From: Lingula anatina
Lineage: Eukaryota; Animalia; Brachiopoda
Length of the DNA: 64,000 nt
Assembly: GCA_051362555.1 (NCBI GenBank)
Contig: CM120646.1
Coordinates: 7,874,001-7,938,000 of the forward strand
Reading direction: 5' to 3'
Each line of letters starts with the position of its first letter. The first letter of the stretch is position 1. The notes beneath the pieces are model-generated. The model saw nothing but the letters and a program-made list of their open reading frames with translations. It was not told the origin of the DNA and searched no databases. Made by a program: the position numbers and the translations under genes. Shown one piece after another: positions 12,280 through 24,162 of the stretch.

Positions 12280-13928
12280 TATACAACCTGAAAAGAGAGA
12301 TGAGGCAACAAGCTGGCAATTCTGAAAGCTTGTAATTGGCTAATCACTTTTGAAATCAATTCTTCATTTGAACAAAGCAATATATACCATTTGTGAACGT
12401 TTGTAAGAAAATACAGCTAATCTAAGGCGGTTCTTTACAGTGATATCTTAACAACACACAATATTCCCCTTAGTTGCAGTCAAGTAAGTAAGCATTTAAT
12501 TATGCAAACTGACAGACATCGAAATGTTAGTTAAACAATACCAATACTTTTAGTTTTTGATTAACGAAAGTACACGCTGTAATTTTAAAAATTAAAGTAC
12601 AAATATTCACATTTTACTGCGTTATATAAAATACCCTTGTAAAGCTTCGTGTTTCAAGTTTCATACTCCAAAGATCAGATAAGGTCGACAGAATGTTATA
12701 TATGTATATCATTAAAGTAATTCAACAGTGTAGATTGTGAATCTTTATATTTACATCTATTTACATCTATATTTGGAAGTTATTATTTGCAAATGATCTG
12801 CAAAAACTGCCATATTTGCCAAATGTACGCATTATCTTTCATTCTACGCAATTGGATGATTGCCTATTATTACGGTGTTACAATTTTGCTAATGGCATAT
12901 CAATATATGATACACTCATCATGAGCACTGAGTTTGCTAAACTGGACCTGGGTATCATCATCAAGTGTAATGTAATTATAGGCAACAGAACCATCAGCTG
13001 CAGTCACCGGCAAGATGTTCCCTGCAAGTTCAGTATATGGTTCAGCTAAACGTTTATCCCGATTATCTTGTCGAAGATTATTGTACCCAGTCGTCGGCAC
13101 AGCATAATCATAAACCACATAACCGCCACTAAAGTCAGGGGATGGATCTATTGCGGGGGGTCTACATGTAGGAATTCGGTCGAAAACAGTTCTGCCGTTG
13201 TTTCCGTTTGCTGTCGCATTTTTTGTAATATGATGATGTTCAGATGTTTGTGATTTGAGTTTCCTGGACAACGACCGATTGCGGAATACAAGGTATCCAT
13301 TCATGCATAAAAGACACGTTGCTAGCAAGGTCACAATGATCGAAAATGTCCTCCAAGCAGCACCTGTAATACAACACCTATGCATGTATTCATTCCCGTT
13401 TTACATACTTTCAATTTTGTTAACTAATGTATAGTGTATACATCGATAGCAACAAATTGAATACAAATTTTCAACCAAAATGATAAAAAACAGTATTTTT
13501 ATCATCAGACAAATGAGGTGCAATAAAAAAGAAAAAACAGATTAACCGGCACAGTTTGAGCCACGTTATAGAAAGGATAGACGGGAGGAAATAAATTATC
13601 TGTATTCTGAATACCCCTTTCATCAGTCTATTAAACAGTGTACAGGTGTTGTACTTGAACACAATGCTGATGTTTAATAAAGAAAATTCAGCATAAAATA
13701 TGGACAATGTTATCATACAACTTAACAAGTTTGCCTATTCTGTCTGATCTGAAAAGTAATTACGGAATCAGTTGCACTTGTACATGTTGTGAAAAATATA
13801 CCTTTCCTGGCTTGCGGGATATATTCACCACTCAGTGTTTAATTAGAGCAATGCCGTCAATCCTTTTTGTTATGTTAGTCATCTCAACCTACAGTTATAG
13901 AACATTTATCTCACAGCAAAACACCCCG

Positions 13929-13972
<44 letters not shown>

Positions 13973-14151
13973 GCTTTTGACACGTTTGTGGTACTTTAAT
14001 GTTTTTTATGAAAAATTGAATTTAAGGACTACCGACCTGAGTAGATACGAACAGTAATTGAGGAGTTGCAGTTCCTTTGAAATCCATATTCGTGTAATGT
14101 AGCATTCTGCGCGACCTCTCCGGGATCCACTGTGTAGCTGAACATAAGGCC
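12280..14151. repeat. Segmental duplicate of ~38838-41171 (type-2 TM/tail exon plus V relic)
   Basis: Near-identical by eye; ~450 bp present only in the 39 kb copy. Confidence 0.85.
12900..13363 (-). CDS. Orphan type-2 transmembrane + tyrosine-motif cytoplasmic tail exon (open, 154 codons)
   Basis: tacAG acceptor, phase 1; TM FSIIVTLLATCLLCMNGYLVF; tail TGYNNL-x12-YTEL...VAYNYI; upstream ectodomain exons are broken. Confidence 0.7.
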
Positions 14152-14269
14152 GACAAATCTTCAAACCATTAAATTATTTTAAAGGACAGAAAGGCACATT
14201 TAGTTCCCACCATCAGATGAATATGGAGTTACAAAAAGCAACACATAAATACACCACGTCCGCCTGCAT
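14037..14269 (-). pseudogene. Degenerate V fragment (14037-14151) fused by deletion to a frameshifted leader (14211-14269, +4 nt)
   Basis: Homology to 41057-41171 and to the 55-nt leaders. Confidence 0.75.
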
Positions 14270-14756
14270 CTTCCTGCGTGTTGCCCCTAGCCTCGGGTAC
14301 TTTTTTTTTGGGAGTTAAATATAACATCTCCGTTGCTGCCTGATAATCAACAAAGTAGATCCTAATACAATTAACCTGTGGTATACAGAACGTTATGCTA
14401 GAAAAATTACCACATCGGTTAATTTCTGTACTTAGGGGCTGATCAATATTATTCTGTTTTCTGAAATATGATTAAGAAAAGGCAAATAATATTGAAACAC
14501 AATAAATAGAAAAAAGCATAGTATTCACAATTTCATGAGGCGGGTTTTCAGGAAGTCAATCCAACCCTGGCTGTGGAGTACACGTTTAATATAGATAATT
14601 ATTCTTTCTATTACAACGGGGATGAAATGTCATTTTCAGTTTCTTAATTTTCTCTGTTACCTGGGCGCATATCAGCTAAACTCTAACGGTTAATAGGGGC
14701 TGTGCAAGAGTTCTACAAAGAGGTGCGACTGATTTTATTTCAGACACCCCTTGTAG

Positions 14757-15481
14757 GTGTAACTACACACAAGGTTTAATGGTTGTGGGGTACCTCCCTC
14801 AGGGTTCATGACGTAACCATTTGGAAGGCAAGCCAGCTAATGTTACTTCTTACCCCAAACAAGGGTAACAGGAAAAGGAAAGAAACGAGATATAAATGCA
14901 TTCTTGGGCAGTGTGTAGCCTGTGACGATTGACAAAAATCACGGTGTATCATTCCCAATTGTGCCTAGAGTCTTCATTTTGTTCTTAAAATGCGTTTTCT
15001 TTGCGTTTGTGTTCTTGTTTGAACAGAGGAAGGTATTGATCTGATATCACTATAGTTTAGAAACTTGATCAATGTCAGACCAGTAAAATGAGGTCATGTC
15101 TGTTTATGTTATTTTCTGCAATGACCTCTATCTTAACTCAATCGATTGCTAAGCATTTATACCAATAAGTAATTATGGGACCCCTCCCTGCCAAAATGCA
15201 GCTTTTTTTTTATTCATAACTCTTACAGGGTAATTAGAAAACGAGTCATTAAGTTCAATTTTTGTTTCGATGAAGAATGTACCATTCTGTTGATACATCA
15301 AGTCGTGGGATTCGAGGGGGACGCATCCCCCAGGTATCTATTGTCTCGGACTAGGACAAGCTGAACTATTTTAGTATGGCTAACATACTTTGAAGCACCG
15401 TAAAGAGCATCACTTTTACTTCCTACCTTTAGTTGAATATGGAGCTGCACAGAGCAGCACATAAAGACACCACTCCTTCAT
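14757..15481 (-). pseudogene. Gene-C-like relic: intact leader 15427-15481 (MKEWCLYVLLCAAPYSTK-G), intron 1, and 5' V fragment with lost acceptor
   Basis: Homologous to 36300-37066; V is frameshifted and truncated at the CSYT codons. Confidence 0.78.
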
Positions 15482-15948
15482 GATCCCCCTTTGTGTTACT
15501 TTTCGTTGTTCATACATCAATAAGCTGCAGTCACTTTTCTATTGAGAGTTAAAAATTACGTCCCCACTGCTACCCTATACGCAAAATGGCACCGCAGTGC
15601 AACTAACACAATTAACTGTCGGTACAGAAAGTGATGATGTATAAATTACAGCATCATGGGATTTCTTAGTTGTGAAGGGTTGATCATTGCTGTGCTATTT
15701 TACGAAATATGTTAAGAGAGTGCAAATATTATTAACACATAGCAAAAAAAAAAAAAAATACCCAGAATATTCACAATTTCTTTGCATGGTGCATTCATAA
15801 AACTAAGTCCAACACTGTATGCTAAGCGTAATAAACTTTTGTGTATTTACAGTGCGTTTTAGCATAACTGCATTTAAAGTCAGTTCTGTTAAAATGCAAC
15901 CTTTGTAAAACACTTATTTTTATATTTTCGCAAGGAATTAAAAACTAA

Positions 15949-16775
15949 CTAGACTGCAACTGGCTAAAGCCAGTGGCGAAGGATTCCCCTGCAAAATAGG
16001 CGTGGAAATGCTCTTACAAGGTCATGTGAAGGTCACGGGTTAAATTTGATCCCATATTCTGAAAGAGCATGTGCGAATTGGGGGGGGGGGATCAACAAAA
16101 CATCACTTTTAGCCCACGTCAATAATTCTCCATGAAATAGCCAAATGACCTTGAAAATGAGGGTCAAGGTCAAATTTGACATTTGATTTGGGGGTTTGGG
16201 GTATATGTTTGGGGTAGTTTACTATAGCATGCTATGACCAAAAACCAGTGTTTCATGGAGAAATTGCCAAACTCAAGATTTCTGCAATGTCATAAATATT
16301 TAAAAATCTATATTAAAAAAGTAATTAAGCAGTCGCTACCAAAGTACGGCTAACCTTAGATATATATATAGGGCATCATTTGCCACTATGATTGGGGCTC
16401 TGGGCCTTCCGGTTCTTGAGATCTCGGAAACAAACCTTTTTTGAGCCCGCTTGCTCATTAGCGACCTTGACCTTGACCTACTTGCATAAAAGTAGGTCAT
16501 TATCTGTGGATTTACCTCAGTATCACTGGCCATAAGGCTCTTAGCCATATGGCTTATACTTTAGGCCTAATGGCAATTTCAAATTTTACAATGTTTGCCT
16601 TTAAAAGCCCCTGTGACCTTGAAAAGTAGGTCAAGGTCACTGAAACTGGTTCTGTGGCATATTCTGACCATAGGCTACCTATGATAATTATTTCAGATTT
16701 TTTGCGAAAAAAAAACGCGCGGAAAGAATAATAATACTACCAAAAACAATAGTATTCCCCTATGGGGAATCCTAA
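15949..16775. mobile_element. Helentron/HINE-like non-autonomous rolling-circle element
   Basis: Sub-terminal IR GGATTCCCC/GGGGAATCC, terminal hairpin ATTCCCCTATGGGGAAT, GACCTT repeats; absent from the paralogous site ~37485. Confidence 0.6.
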
Positions 16776-18520
16776 TGATAGAAGTAGCAGAGCCCGTGAA
16801 TGAAAAGCACTTCCGGTCGCACAGCAGTCGCCAGAGGACGCCCAAACAACGGTCATCTGTCTAGCATAATATCGTAGAAAGATCGTAGAATGGTCGCCAC
16901 TGATCGCTGATGAAGGTACAGTAATCACACCCTGGTTGCTCAATGGATGCTCAAATATCGCAATGGACGTTGTAGGCTGCACAGTGGACTCACATGGGAG
17001 TTGAAAGTCATTCAGGTCGCTGTTAATTGGACATGAAATCCAGCCTTGGTCGTTGAAAACACACATAAGGGTAACAGACACATTTACAAGGACACGGTTT
17101 TCTTGCATTGGCGACCATTGAGCGTCCTGCAGGCTACATCTTTGGTCGTAGAGAGTCGCAGAAAGCATGCATTCAGTTATGGGGGCTTTAGTGATACACT
17201 GTATTTTGTCGTGCTATTTCTACACTGTAAAGCATATATCGATTTTATCAATGGACATTTTTTATGTCATTTTGAGTCTGGAGTTCATTGTCGCACAAAG
17301 TGACTGCCAAATAATTGCATGGACGTGGATTTTATCAAAAGGGTTTTATTTAACAACAAATACGCACATAAAAACTTGTGACGCACAAATTGTAATGAAG
17401 AAATTCAAGAAGTTTTCAGTGTTGTTTACTTTTAATTTCATATTATTAACCTTATTATTTACGGATTTTTAATCATATAGAACAATTAAAGGGATTAATA
17501 AAATCGGTTTTAATATAATTTATTCCAATGTTAAAATTTTAATTTAATTTAATTTTGATTTAAAAATCACAGAACAACTTTATAATACATGTATGCCTAT
17601 ACGTAAAATAAAATAACCCATGTAACAGCCAGATAAAAACATCTGTTAATATATAAACGAACTGTTTCTTGGCATCCATAAAAACAAACCAATCTAGCTT
17701 TTAGGTGAAAAATGCTTATGTATTAATTTATCACATACACCGTTCGACATGTATATTCCTCACTGCAATACTTACTTACAATTGATTAAGCTAGCGACAA
17801 TTCCTATAAAACCCATAAGTTTAGGCAACAGGTCGAAGACGCTAAAAGCAATAAATGATGATTTATATATCTAGGAATAAATATATTTAAGCAAAGTAAT
17901 AAGCAACACATTGACACAGTGAAAGCAAATTCTTTGAATCGTCATACGTAATGTGAAAATGCAACGCAGTCTTGGAAAGTAACAAAAGTATTACAGCCAA
18001 TACCAACAAGTTTTCAACAATTAATTGATTTTATTAATGCCTTAAATCACAGATGTGCTCCCTTAACAGTTTAGTCGTAGCTTGCGACACCAAACTAGCA
18101 TGTTATCATAATTCAATACTGTACAGTGTGAAAATACTTAAAATCGGAATCAATTACTATAAAATGTTTTGGATGCGTCATATACTTGTATGCAAGAAGC
18201 ATAACACTTTGATGATTGTATGACATATGCATGTAAATTTAAATGTCTTCAAGTCATTTTGTTATACATTGAACATTGTGGATCTTTTTAATTACGAACC
18301 AAGTACATGTTGAGAGGTTCCTGACTGCATGTATAACGAAACATCTTCAACTATTGTACTGCCACAAAATGTGGAGTTCAAAATCGTTAAATCTGCAATT
18401 TTCATGATAATTTCCTATTATTTAAGGGTTTAATATTTTTACCCTTAGGTATATTATACAATACAATCACTCATCTGGGCCACCTTTGAATTGACTAGTC
18501 TTGAGGTCATCCTTGGAAAA

Positions 18521-18897
18521 TTAAATGTAATTATAGTCACCAATACCATTTGTGGCGGTAGACGGCAATAGGTTCTCTCCAAGTTCCATGTATTGCCCAT
18601 CTGAACGGTTATCCCGCCGAAGTTCTTCGTAACTATTCGCCAATGCAGTATCGTCATAGTCAACATGAACCTCATCAAAACCAGAGGAATGATCTGTCGC
18701 GCGATTCATAGATACTTGGACATTGAATGGACTGTTAACAGTGTTTGTAATAACACTGCCATGTTGCTGTTCAGAAGCTTGTGATTTGAGTCTCCTGGAC
18801 AATGACCGAGTGCGGAATACAAGGTATGCAATTATGCAAAAAAGGCACATTGCTAACAACGATACCACAATGATTGATACTGTTCCCCCATCAATGC
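18521..18897 (-). CDS. IgSF gene B, type-1 TM + cytoplasmic tail exon (ITAM-like YEEL-x9-YMEL, terminal YNYI)
   Basis: tttcAG acceptor, phase 1; TM VSIIVVSLLAMCLFCIIAYLVF then basic RTRSLSRRLK; TAA at 18521. Confidence 0.88.
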
Positions 18898-19402
18898 CTG
18901 AAATACAAAAGATATAATTTAAATGGGTTGCCAAGTATAATCCTTTCTGATTTTTGTTAACTGAAACATAATATACCCATTGGTACGACCACACTAAAAT
19001 ATTCACCCGGAATGTCTAATGATCTACAACGTTCACATTAATTTATAAGGATGGTACAGAAGCATAGTTAGTCGGATGAGAGTGTCCCAGTACCAAGAAG
19101 AGAGGGTGATGGATACAGATTATCGAGTAGAAGTTATCTGACTTTTTTCAACTGAAACATAATATACACATTGGTAGCTCAACTGTAAAATATCAACCCG
19201 GAATGTCTTATGATGTGCCACGTTCACGTTTATGATACCGAAGCATGGTTAACCGTATGAGAGTGTCCCAGTACAAAGAGGATTATCAAGTAGAAGTTCA
19301 CGGTCGGTTACCAAAGCCCCCACCCCGCCCACCCCTTCAACCAACAGGTACTGAGTACTGTACACCTCAGTTTGTGTTCCGCAGTGCTCTTGGTTTAATT
19401 AC

Positions 19403-19423
19403 ATGTTGTTGTAGTTGGAGACA
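19403..19423 (-). CDS. IgSF gene B, 21-nt stalk micro-exon (VSPTTTT)
   Basis: tttgcAG/GTAATT, frame-preserving, conserved at 28884-28904. Confidence 0.55.
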
Positions 19424-19711
19424 CTGCAAATGTGATATAAGAGAAATACAAAACAGACTATAAATGAATAAATAAATATGTAACCAAGTATATTCCCTGA
19501 AAAATAATAAGCGTCACCTAAACTGACTAAGATTGTTTGTATTACAACTGGAAAGGTTGTGGTTGAATGTAAACCTGTATGATCTTCCAATTGGCTATGC
19601 CAGATAAAGCGTGAGAATTGACTTAAACCAACGCGTACCTAATGGTTGGGTTAAAAAAAATTTATCATATTTTGAAGCAAACGAAAACAATTTACTCCGA
19701 ACTGCACCTAC

Positions 19712-19747
19712 CTGCTGTAGATACGGCAACGCTGCTAGTTGAGAGAG
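19712..19747 (-). CDS. IgSF gene B, stalk micro-exon (ALSTSSVAVSTA)
   Basis: ttttcAG/GTAGGT, 36 nt, phase 1-1. Confidence 0.78.
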
Positions 19748-20423
19748 CTGAAAAAACATAAAGAGGCACTTATTATTCAATCGACTACTTTGGGCTTGTC
19801 GATTCCCTTGCAAAGACAAATAATGCAGAAATTTGGAGCAATAGAATAAAACGAGAACTAGTGAGTGTTGGAGTATATTTTTGGTATCAGAACTGTCATA
19901 GATCAATGTGACTATATCATTTTAAATATTGCAAACTTCTAAGAGTTACCAGGCTTTTTGGTCCACTTTTTGAAGGATATTTTACCTTAAAAACGTAATG
20001 TTTAAGGCACTCTATTCGGCGTTTACCTGCCAAATTGACTTTTGAAAATGACAATTTTAACTTACAAACAAATCATTGACGGCAATTGGAATCGATTTGT
20101 TTCTAAATAACTTCTTGTATATTTCAAAAATAACAACCGACGTCAGGCACTTCTATTTTAGGGAGTTTTTATTATAGTTCTTAACGTCTGTATTAAACAT
20201 TGGAAATAATTCATAAGTGTACATTTTATCTAAAATATATCTCTACGGCCCAAGTAGATGTGCATATAATAAATGTATGGATGTGCAGTCCATGTAAATA
20301 GGTCAAACAGGATAAGGTATAAGAAATGAATGGGGGACTTAACACGTCCATTCTTTTTTATCAGGACAAATAGTTTTAAAATAAGCAATTAAGAAAAATA
20401 AATCCAACATAAATTGTACCTAC

Positions 20424-20462
20424 CTGCATTAGTGGATTTCACAGTAGTGGTAGTTGAAGGAG
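20424..20462 (-). CDS. IgSF gene B, stalk micro-exon (APSTTTTVKSTNA)
   Basis: ttttAG/GTAGGT, 39 nt, phase 1-1. Confidence 0.8.
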
Positions 20463-20734
20463 CTAAAAAGGGAATTCAGTCACTTCTAAAGATAAGAAAT
20501 AATAAATGTACCTCATGCACATCCACAAGCCAAGAAGAATGATTTAGAAAAGCAGTAAAATGAGCACGCACAGGTATAGTGTTGAAATATGTTTTACAGA
20601 GTATGTTACAAATAAAGATATAAGCTCTTTGCGGTAAAGTTTAGGTTTTTCCAGCTCTTTATTTTTTGTTCTCAAGTGAAATGAAATGATCAAACTACCA
20701 ATCCGAGTAAAATACACGAACCAAATATACATAC

Positions 20735-21046
20735 CAGCACTCCCCGGCACTATAACACTTGTTTTGGTTTGACTTGTAAGAGAATCGTGCAGTAGTTGGC
20801 AAAAAACTTCAACTGGATCTGCTTGGGTTGCCATCACTTCTACTTCACTTTCCACCAGAAAGGTGTCTCCCTGGGGTGTCACCGTGTTCGAGGTTTCATT
20901 CATCTTGACCTGCATCTGGTTAGAACTTTGCATTTTAAACCACTTTATCTCAGGTGCTGGTCTTCCGCCATCAGAGGAACAAGTTACCCGGTAGGTATCT
21001 GTGGCGACTTGAGGTCCTCTTGTAATCTGGGGCGGGTTCGGCCGAT
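20735..21046 (-). CDS. IgSF gene B, C2-set Ig domain exon
   Basis: 312 nt, AG/GTATGT, CSSDGGRPAPEIKW...FCQLLH. Confidence 0.92.
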
Positions 21047-21223
21047 CTGCAAATCATAAATTATAACATAAAAGAAAATTATCGTAAAGCTCAACAATTT
21101 GTGAAACTACCCCATGTGAACGTTTTAAGTTCTATTTTTTGGTTTGAGGAATATTATTTAGTAAAAGACAAAGCAATTACAAAAGTTTTTATTAGCATGA
21201 ATATTGCACCGACTTTTACTTAC

Positions 21224-21598
21224 ACAGTAATTTGAGGGCCTGGACTGGAGTCGTAAAAACGGGATTATTGAATGGGGCGGAAACTTTGCAGTAAAAATTA
21301 CCCTCATCTGCCAGAGTGACTGTAACAATTGTTAAAGTGAATGATGGATCAGAGACTGTAACCGTCACGTCAGATCTCGTATTATATTCGTTCTGCTTCA
21401 TGGCATATCCAGTAGAAACTTCTATTCCTGCTATTTGGTTTGCAGTGCCCGTTCCATCTTTGTAGAATACGACGTACTGCGCTGTCTCTCCGGGATCCAC
21501 TGTGTAACTGCACACAAGGTTTAACGGTTGTGGGTTGCCGCTCTCAGGATTCATGACGTACCCATGGGTCGGCAAATCAGCTAATGTTACCTCTAAAC
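21224..21598 (-). CDS. IgSF gene B, V-type Ig domain exon
   Basis: 375 nt, AG/GTAAGT, LVCSY...ADEGNFYC. Confidence 0.93.
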
Positions 21599-21944
21599 CT
21601 ATGGTATAAGCACATAGAATTACTATACTCATCAAAAACCCCAGGAAACGTCTAGCAAGAAATCTCTCAATTATCCAATTTGTATCCATGTATCTGAGAG
21701 TGTTCATTTCAGTGGTGAGTGTCACACCAGTATTTGAGGTGTATCAATCATTGCAGTCGGATTAAGATGGAAAGTTGCAAGTTAACCTATTGTGTTGGTG
21801 CATTGTGTTGACAGGCGTTGGACTGTAGTCAATAATACTGTATACCTGCATAATTGATAATTAGTTAGCAAAATTTACACAAATAGGCGCAGAAAGGTAA
21901 AAGGTCATGTTATTCTTCTTGCCTTATCATACCACTATGGCATA

Positions 21945-23803
21945 AGGGAGGTCAGGTCAACTTTGATAGTAACATAAATATCAGCCAAAATGATATTATC
22001 TGATAAAGCAATTTATGAGCTTTCCAAAACATTTTATTTTTTGAAAATCAAGCAAGCCAATCAAAAGTTATCAAATTTTCAAGAATGCTAGTCAGCCACA
22101 AAATTTTGAAAAAGTCTTGTATGCAAGCATTTGTAACAGTGGAAGCCAAAAGTGTCACCTAATTGCCCAATCAATTAAACAAAATTGGCATAACTTTTGA
22201 ATGGAATAAAATATCCATTTGAAATTTTCTGGAAAGTTACACTATGCCAAGAAGAATCTGACAAGATACAATTTTCTGTAATTTATCCATTATTTCCATG
22301 GCAACCATTGCTAAATATCAATAGCGGTCGATACTTTTTTTTTTTTTTCATCCTAAGGCTTCAACATCACTGCCCAAAGGCTACTTTTGGATGAAAATGA
22401 TGCTAAATAACGTGCCGTAATTAAAATAAAAAATAATAGTTTCTAATGTATCTGTTGCTATAGAAATTGTCATTATGATAGCTGTTGCTATGGTAACAGT
22501 TTGAATTATTTTTTACACATTATCATGAATTTTTAAACTGAATATGAAGTGGGAAACACTCTTGGTACTCAGTTTATGAATTTAAGTTAAATAGTAAACA
22601 AATACTCTGTCACTGTTGCCATGGCAACCAATATTACAATGACAATTGCATATACGATTTTAAGGTTTAACTAGTAAAAATGCCAGAATGCACAATGAAA
22701 ATAAATAATATCCGATTTTGGTAAGTTATAATTTTGCAAAAAAAAAAAATTAATTGATATTGGACATCATAGCAGGTAGGTAATACAAAAACCAGCGAGA
22801 TTTTTTGGAGAGAGTTTTAGGAATTTTCTTTCTTTTTTTCTTTTTTTTTTTCTTTTTTTGTGTGTGTTAAGAAAAAATAAATAAATACTTCTTTTGTTCA
22901 CTTTTGTTCGACTTTCATTAACCATTCTAGAGTTATTGCATATCTCCATGATTTTAAGATTCCCCTTTTTATGTTCACTAACGAGTTAGCCCCATCAATA
23001 TCGTACGTAATTTCATACTTTGTTTGAAAAATAAAATAAACTCTATATTCTTGAATTGCAGACGTTTTATCAATATCATTGGGTTTCGTGAACAATTCAA
23101 AGATTTTCTGATTAGATATTCTGATATGTTGATCCTCTTTGGGTGCTGAAAGTACAGTTGCTTTTTCATCAGCAGAACAGCTTGGTGCGTTCGCCATTTT
23201 GTTTGCCGTAAGATCAAAGTCACTGATTTTCTAACGGCTGTTACGGCTCTGTCTTACCAAAAAATGATAAATAGATAACTAAATTGAACCAAGAATTAGT
23301 TTAATTATCTAGGTAGGGGTAACAGAATTTTCAGAACTTCGTTACTCTAACTGTAAAACACGATTAAAAACTTTACAAGCTAGTTGTGGTTGCTGTTTTC
23401 GGTTAAATCAACTTCTGTAACCCCTCAGTCGAACGGTTGGATCATTCTCTGCATGAATATGTGGCCAAATACGACGAAATAACATCCGGGACGCCGTACG
23501 GAGCTTTTATTTTAGAAAAATGGCGCGAAACGCGCAGGTTGAGCAAAATTCTTTAATAGTGGGTACCAAACGAGGAAGTGAAATCACCGGCGATTTCTCG
23601 CAGCATTTTCGTGGCTGGAGGCTAACAACAGAGACATGATACATTGTTACACATATTGTTCGAAAGCCCATTCAATGCACTTTTTAAATATACTTTCATA
23701 TTTATCATAGGACCCAAATCCTGGAAGTAATGATGGAAAACAAACAGCGAGGTTAGATTTCTTCCCGTTTTCGACTGCGTGAGCGGTGTGACCTGACCTC
23801 CCT
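21945..23803. mobile_element. Non-autonomous TIR DNA transposon (~1.86 kb) in intron 1 of gene B
   Basis: TIR AGGGAGGTCAGGTCA...TGACCTGACCTCCCT; TGGCAT repeated in both flanks; absent from the paralogous intron of gene A. Confidence 0.8.
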
Positions 23804-24107
23804 AGTGGCATCAAAAACTTCTATTGGGTGCGTAGTACTCCTACTATGAAGGAAGTATTTTTTACGATTGGCCTCATAATATAACCTAAAGAGCCATAAT
23901 AATTTTTTTTTATCGTAAATGTTAGAAATTGTCATCATCTTGTTTAAAATGGCGTGTGAAGTTGTTTTTGTTCTTTATCTTTTGAAAACGCGCCACGTGG
24001 GGGGTCTATAGAAGCGATCATCCTGTTGTTTATGCGGAGGTTAAGCTGACGAATCTTCAAGACTATTAAATTATTTTAAAGTATAGAATATCATGCTTAG
24101 TCCCTAC

Positions 24108-24162
24108 CTTCAGTTGTATATGGAGTTACAAACAGCAGCACATAAACACACCACGTCTTCAT
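24108..24162 (-). CDS. IgSF gene B, leader exon (MKTWCVYVLLFVTPYTTE-G)
   Basis: 55 nt, phase 1, AG|GTAGGG donor. Confidence 0.88.

Larger units (their letters stand above)
17752..21060. repeat. Segmental duplicate of ~27209-35235 (3'UTR, TM, stalk and C exons of genes B and C)
   Basis: Near-identical sequence apart from the 4.6-kb insertion in gene C. Confidence 0.9.

Noticed and set aside
20796-21059. Repeated + strand ORFs (also 6292, 34972, 63343, 18723, 28179)
   Set aside because: Antisense shadows of the conserved minus-strand exons
21599-21725. N-terminal extensions of the V, C and TM ORFs in the ORF track as real N-termini
   Set aside because: They lie upstream of conserved AG acceptors and differ between paralogs; they are intronic
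22898-23223. Transposase gene inside the 1.86-kb element
   Set aside because: Only a short ORF with no recognisable DDE or DNA-binding motif
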